Below the pieces are notes generated by a model. That model searched no databases. It saw only the letters and a program-made list of their open reading frames with translations, and had not been told where the DNA came from. DNA of 64,000 bases from Lingula anatina (lineage: Eukaryota > Animalia > Brachiopoda). A program made the translations under genes and the position numbers. The DNA lies in assembly GCA_051362555.1 (NCBI GenBank), contig CM120645.1:22072001-22136000 (forward strand), written 5' to 3'. Of this stretch, positions 59,784-64,000 are shown one piece after another. Numbering within the stretch: the stretch's first letter is position 1; each line of letters begins with the position of its first letter.

Positions 59784-62094
59784 ATGCCTATTGTAATTGC
59801 TCTCGAAATATTGATATTTATATCATTTTGCTATATTCAAATCATACAAAGTCTACAGTGTCCTGGTCTTTATAGAAACGTTCTAGGCAGATGTTTACAT
59901 TTTAATAGCGACACCAAAAACTGGTGGGACGCACGAGACGCATGCAAAAGAGAAGGTGGTAATTTAGTGACCATTCAAGACAAAAGGGAAAGAGACTACC
60001 TAAGGGACTACATGAAATCAAATAAGAGTAAGTAAACTGTAAATGTATCTGTGACACCTATTTCGTAAATTAATTAACTTCAAAATACAAAAACAGACTT
60101 TCCTGACGTCTTCGTAAAAGTTTTGGCACTCTCTGACATAATGCATTAGAGTTTCGCTTGGAAAAATAGATGTAAATTTTAAAGAAATAACAACTCATGC
60201 ATTGGGGAAAGAGTTTTTATACGTATCATCCTTGCAATAAACCTGTGCGAAAAAGTATGTTCTTTGGGTTTCATAAAGACATTTTTAGACACACATGAAT
60301 CCCCTTTCATTATAACAAAAATACGATAATTCATGCATCATCCATATTCTCGGGTATCACTTAATCGGATAATGGTTCTACAGACAACGTTATAGGCAAT
60401 TTTATTTCCATAGTGAGCCACTTTCCGAAACAGAAAATCAAACCAGTCAAGTATTCTTAGACGAATTCTATAAAATCGCAATAAATACCATGTTATATTT
60501 TTATTTTGAAAATGATTCATGCTGTAGAAGTTTCAAATCCAAGTTTCAAACCCAGCATGGTATTCTTTTATTTTTCTAGTATGGAAATATTATTGGGTGG
60601 GTGCAAGTCAGCGTTCAAACGGCCAATGGAGATGGGAATATAAAGACCAGCGCATAGATAGTAAAATTTGGATGTCGGGCGAGCCTAACGATTGGTATGG
60701 ATCCGAAGACTGCATGCATTACTACAGTGATCTAAATCTTGCAGGAGGATTAAAGGGCCTTAATGATGGTTTATGTGGAGATCGTCATCCTTTTATATGT
60801 GAACAACGTACAGGTAAGTGTATGTAAGGGTATTCCTTCATAAATTTAGGTCGATTTGAAATTTCTTCCCGAATGTGGTACGAATTTTGAATTTTTGAAA
60901 ATTTTGAAAAGTCTTCATTCCGGCTCATACTGCTTGATTACTGCTGATTCCGAATAAGTGTATAACGGGCTTTAAGGAGACATTTGTACGACCGAAATAG
61001 TTGCCTAATAAGAATAATTCGATCTTTCCAAATAACCGAAGAAGTGCCCATCATAACTATTGACAGAGTAAGATAAAAACTGATAATTTCCCATTGTGCA
61101 ACCTGGCTGTTAAGAATGAGTCCTTATCAACGTCGTGCATCATTTTTTTGTTGCGCATCCCGCCAACAGAATGTACATGTATATCTATATGTGGTGCTGG
61201 TGATCTAGCAATGCACAAAATTAAAGTTAAAAAATGGCTAAAAATACTTCACAGATGCTATTAAAAAACAAATTTTCAATTTATATTCAAACAAAATATC
61301 AACATATAATAATTACTTGATGGCAGTGGTAGACCGATAATACCCCCGTCACACTGGAGGCGGAATGAGCAAGACTACGGTCGGAAAGACAATTCTTTGT
61401 ACGTTCGTGAATATTTAAATTCTCTGAGTGCATTCCAAATATTTTATCCATTCTTGTGGCCGGTCCGAATGTTTTGCTCATGATAAAAAACTTTCGAAGT
61501 CATTCCAAGTGGAAAATTATCGAATGATATTTGAATAGTATTCTACCTGCAATATGACTGCATTCTAAATCTTCTCACGGCATTCCGACAGCATTCGAAA
61601 CATTCTGATCGCGTTCGAGAAAGAACCGAAATGGCATTATTATTTACAAACAATTTTGCACAAATTTCGTTTGTAGGGTAGCAAAGAGGTCCCCACGATG
61701 TCGAATATTTAATATCACCGGTCTTCCTAAGCAATCCAATGCAGCGATTAAGCATAAGCAATTATTGTATCTAATTTGAAGTGAGGCAAATGCGATGCTG
61801 CGCTATTGCAGAACTCGCAATACAATTCTACATTAGTATGGACATGATAATGCTGTTAGCGGGTGACTTACATGTAACTTCACTCCCCCCTTTTTTTACT
61901 ACTCACAACTTTTCTATTTTCAGAACCTGGCAATTGGGGCTCCTGGGCGGATCGGGGCAGTTGTTCACAAACATGTGGGGTCGGGCAAATGACTGTACTT
62001 CGCTTTTGTAACAACCCACCTCCAAAGTTAGGGGGGGCAAATTGTATTGGTCCCAACAGCAAGACAGTAATTTGCAACCTGAGGCCATGTCCTA
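59784..62094 (+). CDS. gene E (partial): secreted SP-CTLD(EPN/LND)-TSP1 protein; continues past the last identified exon
   Basis: Exons 59784-60027, 60580-60813, 61924-62094, all phase 1 and open. Motifs: NWWDARDACKREGGNLV, YWVGA, WMSGEPNDWYGSEDC, GLNDGLC...FICE, then PGNWGSWADRGSCSQTCGVG...CNNPPPKLGGANC. TATATAA at about 59719. The last exon ends in a GTAAGT donor. Confidence 0.85.
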
Positions 62095-62729
62095 GTAAGT
62101 TATTTTTTATTCAGTTTTAAAAATCATGTTCACGATCGCCAGGATGTATATGTCAAAATATCACCAAAAAGTACTCAATACATGGTAACTCTTGTACAAC
62201 AGTTTAGTTTGAAAATGACCATAAAATTCATAGGATAGTACGATTTTAGAGATTTTGGTTTCAATTTTTTGTTGATTGGTAATAGGTCTAGGATAAAAAC
62301 TTGATTTTCATTAGAGTCATGTTTACTGTCTATATGTAAAAAGGAACCGAAGGTTTGAAAATGAAACATGGGGAAAGCCCATCTTCAATACTGGGTGTAA
62401 TATTATCAAATTGCGTGAAGGCCTCTACCACTCCGCCAAGTCTAATCGAGGTCTGGCATTGCTAGGTAACTGGATTGTTTCTTACACCAGTTTCATGTCA
62501 AAAGACAATAGGCCGCGTCGTGTACTACTGGGGCGTTTACAACACGGGTTGTCCACTGTATGCGACATAGATCCCATAGCTGTGAACGCTCATGCATCAA
62601 GCGGACACTAATGTATTAACCGTCGATCATTCGCCTCTAAAATCATTCCCGTTTTAAAATATCTCCCCATGATATTTTCAAAAGATTTTGTAAAACCGTT
62701 TGACTAATTACAAGACGTTTGCTTTCCTT

Positions 62730-63790
62730 CAGTACCTGTACGTAAGCGTTCAGACCACTGGTCGATTAACAATCGCTATGCATAAATTTATCTTGTGCTT
62801 TGTTGGTGCCGTTGAAAGCGAAACATGAAGATGACCGGTGTGTAACGAAACTGAGTGTCCGCGCAGCAGAAAGTCCTAGAGGAACAGATCTATGATCCTG
62901 TGGTGGTTGAAACAGCGTATATGTAGACCACTCCTACACAACTCTCAACACTCTCTCCGCTATATACAGCTGCTTTTAATTCTGCGAATTACTTCCGCCC
63001 ACAGTTCATATCTGGGGAGTTTGTAAGGCCAGAGCAGATGCTGAACCCCTTGGTTTTGAAGAAAAGCAGTGATTCTGCGAGCCCGATGTTGGGTTGCATT
63101 ATCGTCTTGGCACACAATGTTGTTCCTGAAGATGACTCTTACATAAGAAAGTATTGTTTGCTGTAGAATGTCTCTGCGGGAACCCTGGTTGAGATTGCCT
63201 TCTAGAAAAAACAACTGGCTCTGGCCCCCGGCATGAAATGCTCCCCATACAGAGACGCCACCACCCCCTGCTTGCACCCCAGGCAGTACACGATCATCGT
63301 TATATGCCTCTCGCACACGCTGGCGGCACGGATTCGACCGTCAACCCTAAAAACTGCATATCTGGTCTCATCGACGTAATTTCAGTGGTTTGGCTGTCAA
63401 AGGCACGTGGTCCCCAGCCCATTACAGACTTCGCTGTATATGACCTGCTGTTAACAGTGGCTTCCGTACTGGCCTTCGTGCAAAATAACCGGCTTGCAGT
63501 AACCTATTGTTCACGAGGGACCTTGAAAGGGGCGTTTGAATGACATTCTGCCACTCTCGTCTGAAAACATTGGTTGTCTTTGTACGACCAGCACGGCACA
63601 GTCTTAGGAGATGGCGATCCTGTCTTCTTCTTGTGATTCGTGGACACCCTGGTCGAGGTCTTGGAGTAGGTACGCCTGTTGCAGCATTTATTTGGAGGAC
63701 TTTACTTACGGTTCCCTGATAAATGTTGAATTGCCTGTCAATGGCTGCCCGTTTATGGCCACATTTTCTCTGAGAGCAGGAAACCCCTAG
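62730..63790 (-). mobile_element. decayed Tc1/mariner transposase in an intron of gene E
   Basis: HTH/GRPR-like segment AAIDRQFNIYQGTVSKVL...PRPRPGCPRIT, then VDETR, GGGGVSVWGAF, LEGNLNQ, CQDDNATQHRAR and LLWP. Frameshifted, with the SPDLNPIE motif lost. The left boundary is tentative. Confidence 0.88.
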
Positions 63791-63794
63791 TAAA

Positions 63795-64000
63795 GGCCCC
63801 TTTACACTGGACGGCGTCCTTTCTGCGTCCAGCAGTACGGCCCCATTTGAGAGTTAAAAATTATAATACATTACGTGCCGACAACTGGCCGATCATTGAG
63901 CATTCATTCTGATACAAAATCAATGCTCGTGCCTCGTTAATAAGAACACAGCGATGGCAAATTTCATGGTCGCAGAAAGAACGCAGAAAGGACGCCGTCC
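63795..64000. mobile_element. MITE (GGCCCCTTTACACTGG TIR, Harbinger-like) inserted at the 5' part of the Tc1; right TIR cut by the window edge
   Basis: ggacggcgtcctttctgcgt (63809-63828) is the reverse complement of acgcagaaaggacgccgtcc (63981-64000). Confidence 0.75.

Overview
AT-rich, intron-containing animal genomic DNA. The gene content and repeat types suggest a marine invertebrate, possibly a mollusc, but the taxon cannot be proven from the sequence. All exon structures were assembled by hand from GT-AG sites and reading-frame continuity. On the minus strand are a complete 14-exon CLCA gene (about 1000 aa: HEWGH metalloprotease, VWA/MIDAS, FN3-like domain, Thr-rich stalk, transmembrane helix), the first exon of a second tandem CLCA, and a small secreted single PAN/apple-domain gene. 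On the plus strand is a tandem cluster of five related secreted mosaic genes, each starting with a C-type lectin domain (CTLD). Gene A is CTLD-TSP1x3-CTLD. Gene B is CTLD-TSP1x2-CTLD with an FN2 exon lying inside the first CTLD. Gene C is CTLD-TSP1x2-sushi x3-linker-GCC2/3-EGFx3-CTLD. Gene D is a chimeric pseudogene with an A/B-type 5' end and a C-type 3' end. Gene E is CTLD-TSP1 and runs off the window. Orphan TSP1 exon relics, many DNA-transposon/MITE insertions (several with visible target-site duplications or paralogous empty sites), two decayed Tc1/mariner elements and a probable Gypsy gag-pro relic fill the spaces. The most notable signals are the intact fibronectin type II exon inside a CTLD and the module shuffling and recombination that give the lectin-bracketed genes a variable N-terminal CTLD.
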